From Torpedo marmorata (taxonomy: Eukaryota), in contig OZ360236.1 in assembly GCA_977017645.1 (NCBI GenBank), forward strand, positions 37,944,001-38,008,000: DNA of 64,000 nucleotides. Reading direction: 5' to 3'. This document shows, piece after piece, positions 48,661-61,571 of this stretch; the stretch's first letter is position 1, and the number at the start of each line of letters is the position of its first letter. The notes beneath the pieces are model-generated. The model searched no databases, had not been told where the DNA came from, and saw only the letters and a list, made by a program, of their open reading frames with translations. The translations under genes and the position numbers were made by a program.

Positions 48661-51600
48661 TATAAGTAACGGTGACTTCGCTCCACCAATAGTCACCTGG
48701 AGGCTAAGTGTGGTCCTTGCTTTTGACGCGTTTTAATTAATTTACTAACAAAGTCCAATATGTTCAAAAACCTTTATTTTCACACATGACTTGCAGTAAT
48801 CTTCAATGACTTTAATATAAACAGTTCTTGTAAACGATGTATAATGAGTTCCTTTAAATTATTCCTTAAACAATTCCAAAACGATATGAAACACTGTAGA
48901 TGATGTTAAAGTTATAAAAACATTATAACTCGATATAAAACGGTATAAAACGGTCAATAAAGATGTGGAGACCAGACTCACCCCCCATACATCTCTATCC
49001 TTTCTTTGTTCTCTCTCTCTAATGGTTCTGCGCATGCTCCAACGCGCATACTACAATTCCCAGCCTCCCACGCGCACTATGACGTCACTCTATACTGCGC
49101 ATGCGCCCGTCGGCACTCCAGCGCATGCGCAGAGCACAGAACGGGCCGATAGCGGCCCGCAGACAATGCAAGCGCTCCGAACGGGCCGAGGACGGCCCAG
49201 CAACATCCACAACAACTACGCGGCGCTCCAAGGCCCGACAAGACATCGGAGCGCCGCAACAACGGTAAGTAAACGAGCCTACGGCTCTTACACCGGCCCC
49301 TAATTATTATAATTAGACGTAATGTCTTGAATAATAATTACACTATAAATTATAAATAACAATAACCATAATATTCAAAACAATACAAATCTTCTTTCTT
49401 CCTTCTTCATAAATCTAGAGTTTACCATAACTCTGATTCAACAAAAGTCTGTAACCTGTGAAATGTACAACAACAAATAAAGTCAGTTTACATTTATCAA
49501 AGTTCCTCTGTCTCCAACAAAAGGCAGACCTTATTAATAGGTCTGTTTAGAAAACCAGTCTTAGTTTTAATTCGCACTTGACGCACAAGTCCTCTTTGTC
49601 TTGAAAAGTCTCAATAATCTTTTCCAAGTAACCAGGAATTTCTTGAAGTTGAACCATCCATAACAATCACAATGTCTCTTTAAAGTTCTTTTATCTTCAA
49701 ATCCGAGTCAAAACGTTAACCAGTAAACCTCAAATCCTCCTCAGATAAAATAGATACAGTTTTTCTTTTGAATTTAACACAAGGCACTTCTTCAGCACGT
49801 CGTTTCACTTTATTCCTTTCTTCAGTATTCCACTTCTCATGTGAAAAATTTAAACTCTTAGAATTAGAATTTGAATATTTATCTGATTCTTTCGATTTTA
49901 AACAGGTCTGTTTAACCACTCTGGTTTCTATTGCTCTTTCCTGCAATTCTAAATCCAATTTCGCAATTTTCAATTCAGTCTTAGCTCCTTCCGAGAAATT
50001 AATAATTTGATCTGAAGTCAAAATATCATGCGATACATTGATAGTTCCATTGTCAATCCTGTTGCGGTATACTTGAAATTTTTTAATTTCTTCGTCTTGC
50101 TTGTTACATTTCTGCAATGCAATTTCACATTCTTTCTGCATTGTTAATTGTTGAACATTCAATTTACATTCTTGATTGGTTTTAAAAGTTAACTGTTTTG
50201 TGTTATTAACCAATAACTTGATCTCTTTCAAAACATTAATCTCTTCCTCCAACCTTTTACATTTTGATAATGCTGAATCTCTTTCCTCAATAACTGTATT
50301 CATTTCTTCAGCAGTTATTCTTTTCTTCCGCTTTCTGACTTTGCGAGTTTTACTTACAATTAAATCTTTCTGTTTACTGTTTTCTTGATTATCTAATATT
50401 TCCAATTCCCCTTTCAACATTTTGTTCTCTGGATTCAATTGCATTAAATTATCATTCACATTATTCTTTATTCCATCAGCACAATTTTCTGTGTTTTCCA
50501 GTTTTACATCACGTTGCAATATTTCTTCATTAGCTTTGTCTGTTGTAATCTCTGAACTACAAAATCTACATTCAGATTTGTTTTCAGTCACTTGTTTTAT
50601 TCCTGTATCTGATTCAATTACACATGAATGATCAATAGTATTATTTGCAATATCTTCTAATACTTCACTTTCATCCATTTCTGACGAAATTAATTCCTTT
50701 AATGTTGTTTTAAATACCATTGATTTATTTTCACATTGATCTGTTTTCTTTTCTTCATAAGTGATTTTCTTATTCACGGTTTTTTGCTCTTCTCTTAACT
50801 CTTCAAATTTCTCAACTGAAATTTTATTAACATTTATCGCTACCTGTTCCTGAGCAATATCATTATTTCTTTCCATTGGTCCATTGATTGCCCAACCAAG
50901 TATGGTTCTAATAGCGTAAGGTCCATTCCTTTTACTTTCTATTACTTCTTTTGGTACCAAAACCTTTGGCACATCTGAACCAATCAGCATTTCTATTTCA
51001 GAATTAATTTCAGGTAAATAAACCTTCCACAGATAAGCTAAATGATGGATATCACTTTGATGAGGAATATTTCCTTCGTTCACAGGCATAGTCTTCTGAG
51101 TATATACACTTGGAAGATCACAAAATTTTTTGTCATCCAATCCAGCAACCTCTAAGCCTGAAACAATGTTAGTTTCAACAACCTTTTCTTGTCCCATGGT
51201 TTTTAACATAATTCTTGATTTTCTTCCTTGAATATTAAGTTTATTCATTAGTCCTTCCGTGCAAAAAGATGCAGTGCTACCTGGGTCTAGAAATGCATAT
51301 GTTTTTACTATTGCATCCCCTTTCTTGGCCTTAACTTGTACAGGCACTATTGAAAGTTTGCAGTTATTCACCCCGGCCCCAGTAAGACCACTTGTCTGAA
51401 CCGAGGTTATAACATTATTTTCTGTTGTTTCCTTTTCCAATTCTTTGTTTCTGTTTTGGACATGCAAAATTCTAGGATGTTTAAAATTGCATATGTCACA
51501 ATTAATTCGCTTCTCACAGTTTTTACTGATGTGCCCTTTACACAGACAGCTAAAACATATTCCATTTTCCTTTAAGAAAGCGATCCTTTCTTTATGTTCC

Positions 51601-54471
51601 TTCCTTTCCAATTGTAAACACATTTCCAAAGCATGTCCACCTTTACAGAACAAACAACTCTTTTCATTAGGCAAACTTTCCTTTTCCTTATTTATTTTGT
51701 CCTTTTCTTTACTTATAACTTGCACATTAGTAGCAAAAGTACTCCTTTTCACTTTCGGACTAGACTGTGAATTAGACTTCCTTACATCTTTGCTCATTGA
51801 ATTATCTCTGGTATTTCCATATAGTGGATCTGTTTCAACATACACTTGTCGTTCAAGAAAATTTACCAAATCCTTTAAAGTAATTCTTCGACCATAATTT
51901 ACTTGTAAATCACAAGCCAAATTTCTCCATCTATCCCATACCTTGTAAGGTAATTTTTCTAAAATGATTCGCATATTACTATGCACATCAAGCTCACGAA
52001 TACCATCGATTTCTTCCATAGCATTACAACATCCTCTTAAAAACAAAGTATATTCTTACAAAGCCTTTACATCATTTTGTTTTATTGACGTCCATTTAAG
52101 AGCTTTATCCATATAAGCTAAAGCAATTCGATGTTTGTTGCCAAAATATTGTTCCAATAAATCCTTAGCTTTATCTAATCCTCTTCCTGAAGACATTTGA
52201 TTACAACTTTTAACCAGTTCCTTTGGATGTCCCTTTGTGAACATTTCCAAATAATAAAGACATTCATCTCGATCTTGGCATTTATCTTCAATATTGCGTT
52301 TGAAAGATCTCATAAACGATTGATATTGAAGTGGATCACCATCAAAAGTTTGTATCTCTTTCTTGGGTAAAGAAGAGAGAGACTGTAACTAAAACAATGA
52401 TGCAGCAATTTCATTTTGTCTTTCCTTGGATGACAATACATTGCTCTGTTCACTGTCTCGTGTTGTATGCAACGTATTTGGAAACCTTACTGGTGTAGTT
52501 TCTTCCATATTTCTGATGCTTGGCTCACATAACAAAGAATTTACTTCGTTCGATTGGACCCAATCCGCAGCTTTGCTTTCAGATGTTACTAATGGTACAT
52601 GTGACTCGATACCAATATGCTCGTGAAAGGTTTGTCCTTGTATATGTAAGTTTTGTATCCTTGGTTCTAAAATATCTATTTTTTTGGTTGGTTTCTTTTC
52701 CTGTGACTCTTTTTTTAAATATGACCTTTTATTATCAGACACTTTAGATAATTTACTTCGAACGCCAGATACTATTGAGCCTTCTATTGCTTTCTTTTCT
52801 GCCTTGGCAATAGCAATATTTGTTTTCAGCTCATGCTGCTCTTTTCTCTTTCTTAGCTGCTCTTGTTTCTTTCTTAGTTCCTCCTCCTGTTCTTCTAAAA
52901 CATGTTTATCCTTAAGAAATTCTTGTTGTGCAAGAAGAGCGGCCAATTTAACATCAACCTTTGTACGTGACGATGCAGAACTTGAAGTACGAGAAACTCT
53001 GGAGCTTGAACCAGAACTTCTTTTGCTTCTCCTGCTTTCAGCATTTGAGACACTGTCACTTGCTTGTATTTCGTCCTGCAGTTCATATGTTGTCTTCATA
53101 CTTACCTCTTTATCCAATTCAAATTGTTCATCATTTGTTGACACAATTTCAGCCATTTCCAAGTTATATTCTTGTTCAACTAATGAAGCTGCCTCTTCAT
53201 CCTTTGCCAGCTTCAATCTTTCAATAAGAACCTTTTTATTTCCACTTATGTCCTTTTTCAGTCGCTTCAATTCTTCTTTAATATCCGCAACCTTCATGTC
53301 TTCAATACGTTGGTCCTCAACAGCAACATCAGCGGTTGCTGCGTCAGCTGCTGATAAATCAGTAGCTGCTGTATCAGTGGCTGCTGCGGCCATTTTACTC
53401 GTCTTGTTCCTCTTTCCTTCAAGCATACACAACACTAGTCAAACAACAGTCCCCAATGGACCAGCGGCAGCAATTCCAATCTGTGTTCTTACTTGCTAAA
53501 GATACACAGAAGGAGTCCACAGACTTATGCCTACCACTTCTAATGACTGTAATGTGCTGCAATCCTTAAACGAGTTTCAACCACAACATCCGTCACTAAT
53601 ATCACTGATTTTCCAAAAATAGTTTCTCCAACGTATTTATAGGACACTTTACTATAAGATTTGAAGCTTTAAATCACTCTCTGGCTGTTATTCATGGCAG
53701 ATGGATGTAGATTACAAACTGCCCCCAACTCGAGGCATCTCCAAAATGGCCACCAATTTATATCAGTTCAAAGCACAGAGAGTTTTTTCTATCTTCTTTC
53801 CTTCAAACTTCTGTTCCAAACAGCCAGCCCTTTATTGACTATAAGTAACGGTGACTTCGCTCCACCAATAGTCACCTGGAGGCTAAGTGTGGTCCTTGCT
53901 TTTGACGCGTTTTAATTAATTTACTAACAAAGTCCAATATGTTCAAAAACCTTTATTTTCACACATGACTTGCAGTAATCTTCAATGACTTTAATATAAA
54001 CAGTTCTTGTAAACGATGTATAATGAGTTCCTTTAAATTATTCCTTAAACAATTCCAAAACGATATGAAACACTGTAGATGATGTTAAAGTTATAAAAAC
54101 ATTATAACTCGATATAAAACGGTATAAAACGGTCAATAAAGATGTGGAGACCAGACTCACCCCCCATACATCTCTATCCTTTCTTTGTTCTCTCTCTCTA
54201 ATGGTTCTGCGCATGCTCCAACGCGCATACTACAATTCCCAGCCTCCCACGCGCACTATGACGTCACTCTATACTGCGCATGCGCCCGTCGGCACTCCAG
54301 CGCATGCGCAGAGCACAGAACGGGCCGATAGCGGCCCGCAGACAATGCAAGCGCTCCGAACGGGCCGAGGACGGCCCAGCAACATCCACAACAACTACGC
54401 GGCGCTCCAAGGCCCGACAAGACATCGGAGCGCCGCAACAACGGTAAGTAAACGAGCCTACGGCTCTTACA
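48661..54471 (-). mobile_element. Non-autonomous BEL/Pao LTR retrotransposon
   Basis: 632-bp LTRs at 48661-49292 and 53840-54471, apparently identical. TSD gttat at 48656-48660 and 54472-54476. PPT aggggccgg. BEL-type Gag Cys-His array and protease; integrase C-terminal remnant at about 49500-49700. Confidence 0.92.
49716..53392 (-). pseudogene. BEL Gag-protease fused to a MIPOL1-like coiled coil; two in-frame stops
   Basis: ORFs 52389-53435, 52056-52313 and 49716-52046 are in one frame. Motifs: FDGDPLQY, CLFC..H..C, CFSC..GH..C, CDIC..H..LH, FLDPGSTASF. No RT or RNase H motifs. Confidence 0.85.
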
Positions 54472-54659
54472 GTTATTGTTGGTAGACAGGACCATCCGAG
54501 CGACATCTCATTTTCCTAGACCCTGGACTATTGAGCAACTTATAGCATTCCCAAGAGGATGATCACCCAATCATTTTCTGATCCATGATCTTGACAAGCA
54601 AAAATCTGTACTGCGACCTTCAGCTCCCAAAATTTACTGCCTCAAAATATTTATTACAT

Positions 54660-56091
54660 TAAGTGATAGAACAGAGAATTTCACTGCACAGTCCACGACC
54701 TTCAGCCCATGATGTTGTGCTAACTTTTATAAACCTATTCCACGACAATCTAATCTTTCCCTGCCTCACACCCATAACCCTCTATTTTTCTTATACCCAT
54801 GTGCCGAGCTCAGAGTCTTTTAAATGTCTCTGTTGTACCAGCCTCCACCACCACCCCCGGCAATGCATTCCAGGCATCCACCACTCTCTGTAAAATAATT
54901 TACCTCTAATGTCTCCCCACTCACCGTAAACTGATGTCCTCTGGTACTTGCTATCATTGCCCCAGGAAAAAGTTGTTGGCTGTCCACCCTATCTATGCTT
55001 CTCATAATCTTATATATCTCTATTAAGTCACCTATCATCCTCTGATGCTCCAAAGAGAAAAGCTTTAGCTCAGTCAACCATGCTTCATAAGACGTTCTCC
55101 AATCCAGGCAACATCCTGGTAAATTTCCTCTGCACCCTCTCTAAAACTTCCACCTGCAATGAGATGATCAGAACTGAACATAATACCCCAAGTGTGGTCT
55201 AACAAGAGTTTTATAGAGCTGCAACATTACCTCACAGCTCTTGAACTCAATCCCCTGTCTCATAAATGCCAGCATACCATACTATTTCTTAACCACTCTC
55301 TCAACTTGTGCAGCAAACTTGAGGGAGCTATGGACACCAAGATCCCTTTGTTCCTCCACACTATTAAGGATCCTGCCATTAACCACGAACTCTGCCTTCA
55401 GGTTTAACCTTCCAAAATGCATCACTTCATACTTATCCAAATTTAACTCCATCTGTCACATCTCTATTCTATCCATATCCTGTTGTCCAAGACAACCTTC
55501 GACACTAACCACAACATCTCCAACCTTAGTGTCATCAGCGAACTTACTGGCATACCTCTCCACTACTTCATCCAAGTCATTTGTAAAATTAACAAAGAGC
55601 AGGAGTCTCAGAACAGATCCCTGCATAATGCCACTAATTACGGACCTCCAGGCAGAATACGTTCCATCTACTACCACCCTCTGCCTTCTACAGGCAAGCC
55701 AATACAAAATCCATGCAGCCAACGTTCCATGGATCCCATTCCTCATAAATGAGCCTCATAAATGGGACACCTTGTCAAATGCCTTTCTAAAATCCAAATA
55801 CACCACATCCACCACACTATTTTCATCAATTTCTTTTGTCACCTCCTCGAAAAACTCAATTAGGCACATGAAGCACAACTTGTGGCTCACAAAGTCATGT
55901 TGACTACCCCTGAGAAGAGTACACTTCGCTAAATGCTTGTAAATCCTGTCCCTAAGAATCCTCTCCAATAATTTGCAATCAACTAACGCAAGTCTCACTG
56001 GTCTATAGTTCCCAGGATTCTCCCTGTTATCTTTCTTAAACAAGGGGACTTCATTTGCCATTCTCCAATTCTCTCATACCTCTCTTATAGT
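54660..56091 (-). mobile_element. Older CR1 LINE fragment (continues at about 60431-60540)
   Basis: PLFKKDNRENPGNYRPV, YLDFRKAFDKV and KFADDTK; interrupted by a younger CR1. Confidence 0.85.
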
Positions 56092-59000
56092 CCATAGAAC
56101 CATAGAACACTACAGCACAGAAAACAGGCCATTCGGCCCTTCTAGTCTGTGCCGAAACATCATACCGCTAGTCCCACTGACCTGCACCCATTCCATAACC
56201 TCTCCCATCCATGTATCTATCTAATTTATTCTTAAAACTTAAGAGTGATCCCGCATTTATCATGTCAGATGGCAGCTCGTTCCACACTCCCACCACTCTC
56301 TGAGTGAAGAAGTTACCCCTAATGTTCCCCCTAAACCTTTCACCTTTCACCCTAAAGCCATGTCCTCTTGGATTTATCTCTCCTAATCTAAGTGGAAAGA
56401 GCCTACTCGCATTTACTCTGTCTATACCCCTCATAATTTTGTAAACCTCTATCAAATCTCCCCTCATTCTTCTACACTCCAAGGAATAAAGTCCTAACCT
56501 GTTTAATCTTTCCCTGTAACTCAACTCCTGAAGACCCGGCAACATCCTAGTAAATCTTCTCTGCACTCTTTCAATCTTACTGATATCCTTCCTGTAGATA
56601 GGCGACCAGAACTGCACACAATATTCCAAATTTGGCCTCACCAATGTCTTATACAACCTCACCATAACATCCCAACTCCTATACTCAATACTTTGATTTA
56701 TGAAGGCCAAGATGCCAAAAGCTTTCTTTACAATTCTGTCTACCTGTGATGCCACTTTCAGGGAATTATGTATCTGTATTCCCAGATCCCTTTGTTCCTC
56801 CGCACTCCTCAGTGCCCTACCATTTACTGTGTATGTCCTACCTTGCTTTGTCCTTCCAAAATGCAACACCTCACACTTGTCTGCATTAAATTCCATCTGC
56901 CATTTTCTGGCCCATTTTTCCAGTTAGTCCAGATCCCTCTGCAAGCTTTGAAAGCCTTCCTCGCTGTCCACAATGCCTCCAATCTTAGTGTCATCAGCAA
57001 ACTTGCTGATCTAATTTACCACATTATCATCCAGATCATTGATATAGACAACAAACAACAATGGTCCCAGCACCGATCCCTGAGGCACACCACTAATCAC
57101 AGGCCTCCAGTCTGAGAAGCAATCATCCACTACCACTCTCTGTCTTCTCCCATTCAGTCAATTTCGAATCCAGTTTATAACCTCTCCATGGATACTTAGT
57201 GTCTGAACCTTCTGAATTAACCTCCCATGTGGGACCTTGTCAAAGGTTTTACTAAAGTCCATGTAGACAACATCTACAGCCTTTCCTTCATCTACCTTCT
57301 TGGTAACCTCCTCGAAAAACTCTATAAGATTCATTAAACATGACGTGCCACGCACAAATCCATGCTGACTATCCTTAATCAGCCCTTGACTGTCCAAATA
57401 CTTTTATATCCGATCTCTTAGAACACCCTCCAATAATTTACCCACTACTGATGTCAGGCTCACCGGCCTGTAATTTCCTGGTTTACTTTTGGAGCCTTTT
57501 GTCAACAACGGAACAATATGAGTTACCCTCCAATCCTCTGGCACCTCACCCGTGGCTAAGGACATTTTAAATATTTCTGCCAGGGCCCCTGCAATTTCTA
57601 CACTAGTCTCCCTCAAGGTCTGAGGGAATATCATGTCAGGCCCGGGGGATTTATCTACCTTTATTCGCTGTAAGGCAGCAAGCACCTCCTCCTCTTTAAT
57701 CTCTATATGTTCCATGACACTACTGCTTGTTTCCCTTCCTTCCATATACACTATGCCAGTTTCCTGAGTAAATACTGATGCAAAAAAACTGTTTAAGATC
57801 TCCCCCATCTCGTGAGGCTCCACACATAGATGACCACTCTTATCTTCTCGGGGACCAATTTTGTCCCTTACTATCCTTTACATTATCTGCCAAAGCAACC
57901 TCATGTCTTCATTTTGCCTTCCTTATTTCCTTCTTAAGTATTTTCTTACATTTTCTATACTCTTCTAGTACCTCATTTGCTCCTTGTTGCCTATACCTGC
58001 TATACACCTTTCTTCTTCTTAACCAGATCGCCAATATCCCTTGAAAACCAAGGTTGCCTATGCCTGTTAACTTTGCCTTTAATCCTGACAGGAACATGCA
58101 AACTCTGCACTCTCAAAATTTCGCCTTTGAAGGCCTTTCACTTACTGAACACATCCTTGCCAGAAAACAAATTATCCCAATCCACTCTTCCAAGATCCTT
58201 TCTCATTTCCACAAAATTGGCCTTTCTCCAATTTAGATTCTCAACTCGAGGACCAGACCTATCCTTATCCATAATTAACTTGAAACCAATGACATTATGG
58301 TCACTGGACCCCAAAATGTTCGCCTACACATACTTCTGTCACCTGACCTGTCTGGTTCCCTAATAGGAGATGAAGTATTGCATCCTCTCTCGTTGGTACC
58401 TCTATATATTGATTTAGAAAACTTTCCTGAACACATTTGACAAACTCCAAGCCTTCCAGCCCTTTTACAGTATGGGAGTCCCAGTCAATATGTAAAAAGT
58501 TAAAATCTCCTACTATCACAACTTTCTGTTTCTTACATCGGTCTGCTATCTCTCTACAGATTTGCTCTTCCAATTCTCTCTGACTATTGGGCAGTCTATA
58601 ATACAACCCTATCAGTGTGGTCACACCTTTCCTGTTCCTCAGCTCCACCCATATGGCCTCTGTAGACGAGCCCTCTGGGCTGTCCTGTCTAAGCACAGCT
58701 GTGATATTTTCCCTGACTAGCAATGCCACTCCTCCCCCTTTCATCCCTCCCCCTCTATCACATCTGAAACAATGGAACCCCGGAACATTAAGCTGCCAGT
58801 CCTGCCCCTCCTGCAACCAAGTCTCACTAATAGCAATAATGTCGTAATCCCACGTGCCAATCCATGCCCTAACCTCATCTGCCTTTCTGACAATACTCCT
58901 TGCATTGAAATAAATACACCTGAGAATATTTCTATCACATACAAACCTTTGATTTCTGTCTATACATGCAGTTCTCGCATGACCTTTATCCTCCTCCACC

Positions 59001-60430
59001 TTACTATCTGCTCTAACACTCTGGTTCCCATCTCCCTGTCAATCTAGTTTAAACCCCCCCGGAGCAGCACAAGCAAACCTACCCGCAAGGATGTTAGTCC
59101 CCCTCCAGTTCAGGTGCAAACTGTCCCGTCGGAACAGGTCCCACCTTCCCTGGAACAGAGCCCAATTGTCCAGAAACATGAAGCCCTCCCTCCTGCACCA
59201 TCTCTTTAGCCACGTATTTAGCTGCATTAACTTCCTATTTCTAGCCTCACTAGCACGTGGCACGGGTAGCACTCCTGAAATCGCAACCCTGGAGGTCCTG
59301 TCCTTCAGTTTTGCACCTATCTCCCTAAACTCTCTTTGCAGGACCTCCTCATTCTTCCTACCCACGTCATTGGTCCCTACATGGACCACGACATCTGGCT
59401 GCTCACCCTCCCTCCTGAGAATACCAAGAACCCGATCCAAGATATCATGGACCCTGGCACCAGGGAGGCAACAGACCATCCGGGATACTCGATCTCTCCC
59501 ACAGAACCTCCTATCTGTCCCGCTATCGAATCCCCTATCACTACTGCTCTCTTCTTTTCCCTCCTACCTTTCTGAGCTGAGGGTCCAGACTTGATGCCAG
59601 AGACGTGACCAGAACAACTTGTCCCTGGTAGGTCGTCCCCACCAACAGTATCCAAAACGGTATACTTATTGTTGATGGGAACGGCCACAGGTGTGCTCTG
59701 CTCTCTCTGTCTATTCTCCTTCCCTCTCCTGACAGTCACCCGGCTACCTGCCTCCTGACCTTTGGGGGTGACTGTCTCCCTGAAACTCCTCTCTATCACC
59801 CCCTCTGCCTCTCGAATGATCCGGAGTTCATCCAGCTCCAGCTCCAGTTCCCTAACTCAGTTTGTCAGGAGCTGCAGCTGGATGCACCTTTTGCAGGTGT
59901 AGTCATCAGGGACAATTGTGCTGTCCCAGATTTCCCACATCCCGCAATCGGAGCAATCCACTGCCCTAACTGACTCCATTACCTACTCCTAATTTAATTA
60001 AAGGATTAAATTACCTCACGTCCTTACCTCACTGGAAGCAAGCTCGTCCTCAGCCTCTGCTCGCCGAAGCCTCTCGAGCCAAAGCCTCAAAGCTCCACTC
60101 CTACACTGGGCCACTCACACACTGGCCGCTCCTCTTCAGCTTCCCCTCCTTTTATTTGTCCCTGCCAATTATCTCAAGTACTCACTCCCACAAATCAACA
60201 CTCTGTTTAACCCTTCAGTTACCCTCCTCGCTCTTTTTAAAACTCACTCACCCAGACTGGTTCCCTACACTCACCGCTCTCCCGAGTCCTTTGTCTGCGA
60301 TGGCCCCGAGATCGCAATGGCCTGAGTCACTGCTCCTTTTAAAACAGCTCACTCACCTAGGCTGGTTCCCTCCACTCACCGCTCTCCTGAGTTCTTCGCT
60401 CCTCCTCTGTCTGCGACGGCCCCGAGATCA
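56092..60430 (-). mobile_element. Near full-length CR1 LINE (ORF1 with SGNH esterase; ORF2 APE + RT), disrupted
   Basis: ORF1: VIGDS, PGARV, VHVGTND, LHLN. ORF2: FNARSI, SETW, GDFN, DFSKTFDKV, LEYCVQFWSP. (ttctatgg)n tail; about 100-bp tandem unit in the 5' UTR at 60236-60430. Confidence 0.92.
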
Positions 60431-60924
60431 CAGGGAGGATCCAAAGATCATTGCCAATGTCTCAGCAATTCTTCCCTTCCTATAATAACCTAGGGTATAT
60501 TGTGTCTGGTCCCGGGGACTTATTGCTCCGAATGTTTTTAAGATAAAATACTTATTTAGTCATAGCTATTATTTAGCTGCATTCTTGGAGTTGAAATTAG
60601 GAATGTCACTGGAGAGACAAGATTTCAATGAACTGATTAACATGTAATGAATTCAGATGTTTGAAACATTACATGGACAAGTAGAACAGAAGGAAAAGTG
60701 CTTCCTAGCAAACAGGGACCAGATGAGTGTAAAATGAAGGATGAGCATTAAAGCTTAAATAAATGAATAATCTTTTTCTTTTGTCATCCAAGCAAGTCAC
60801 AAGTACAGGAAATTATGTTGTTCACCTGAATTCCTGTAGTAGCTGGGTTCCTCACAACCCATTTTATTGGGCCGTAAGAGCAAGGAGCTTTAATTTGCCA
60901 TCGTGGCCAACATCTCTCCTCTGA

Positions 60925-61335
60925 TCAAAACACCTTATCTTCCGTCTGGGAACTCTCCAGCCAGATGGCCTTAACATTGACTTCTCTGCTTTCTGCTAAA
61001 CTTGCTCGCCTTCTTTCCCCTCCCCCTTTCCAGTCTTTCCAGTTCACCCCTCCCTTCCCCTTTACCCACCCAGCCATCCCTCCTCCCCCTGATCGCTGCT
61101 GTCCCCTCCCCCCCCTTCTCCACCTATCAACTCCTGCCTTTGCCACCCCCCCCCCCCCTCACTCTTTTGTTTGGACGCCTGCCGGCATTCTCTCATACTT
61201 TGATGAAGGGCTCAAGCCTGAAACGTCGGTTATGTATTTTTACCTTTGCTACATAAAGGACAATGTTTGACCTGCTGAGCTTCTCCAGCATTTTGTGTAC
61301 CTCAACCATGGTGTCTACAGATTTTTGTGATTTAC
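60925..61335 (+). mobile_element. PLE 3' end/pLTR with hammerhead-like motif
   Basis: FRLGTLQPDGLNIDFSAF end; TTGATGAAGGGCTCAAGCCTGAAACGTC at 61200-61227. Confidence 0.85.
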
Positions 61336-61571
61336 CGGTACTTCTTTCTTTTCCATTAAAACAGATTAACTGGTCATTCATCTCAATGATTTTTGTAAGA
61401 TCCTGTTATTTATAAAAGATCTGGCTTCTTGATATCTGCAATAAAGGGCACTGCACTTCAAAATAATTTTTTGTGTTAAGATATTTTGAGAGCATTTCTA
61501 AGAGATGAAGCAATTAGTAATCTTAAATAAGACATCCTTTGCTCTACACTGTGCTTTAAAAATGCCATTAA

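Noticed and set aside
52684-53499. 271-aa plus-strand ORF
   Set aside because: Antisense shadow of the Glu/Lys-rich Gag frame.
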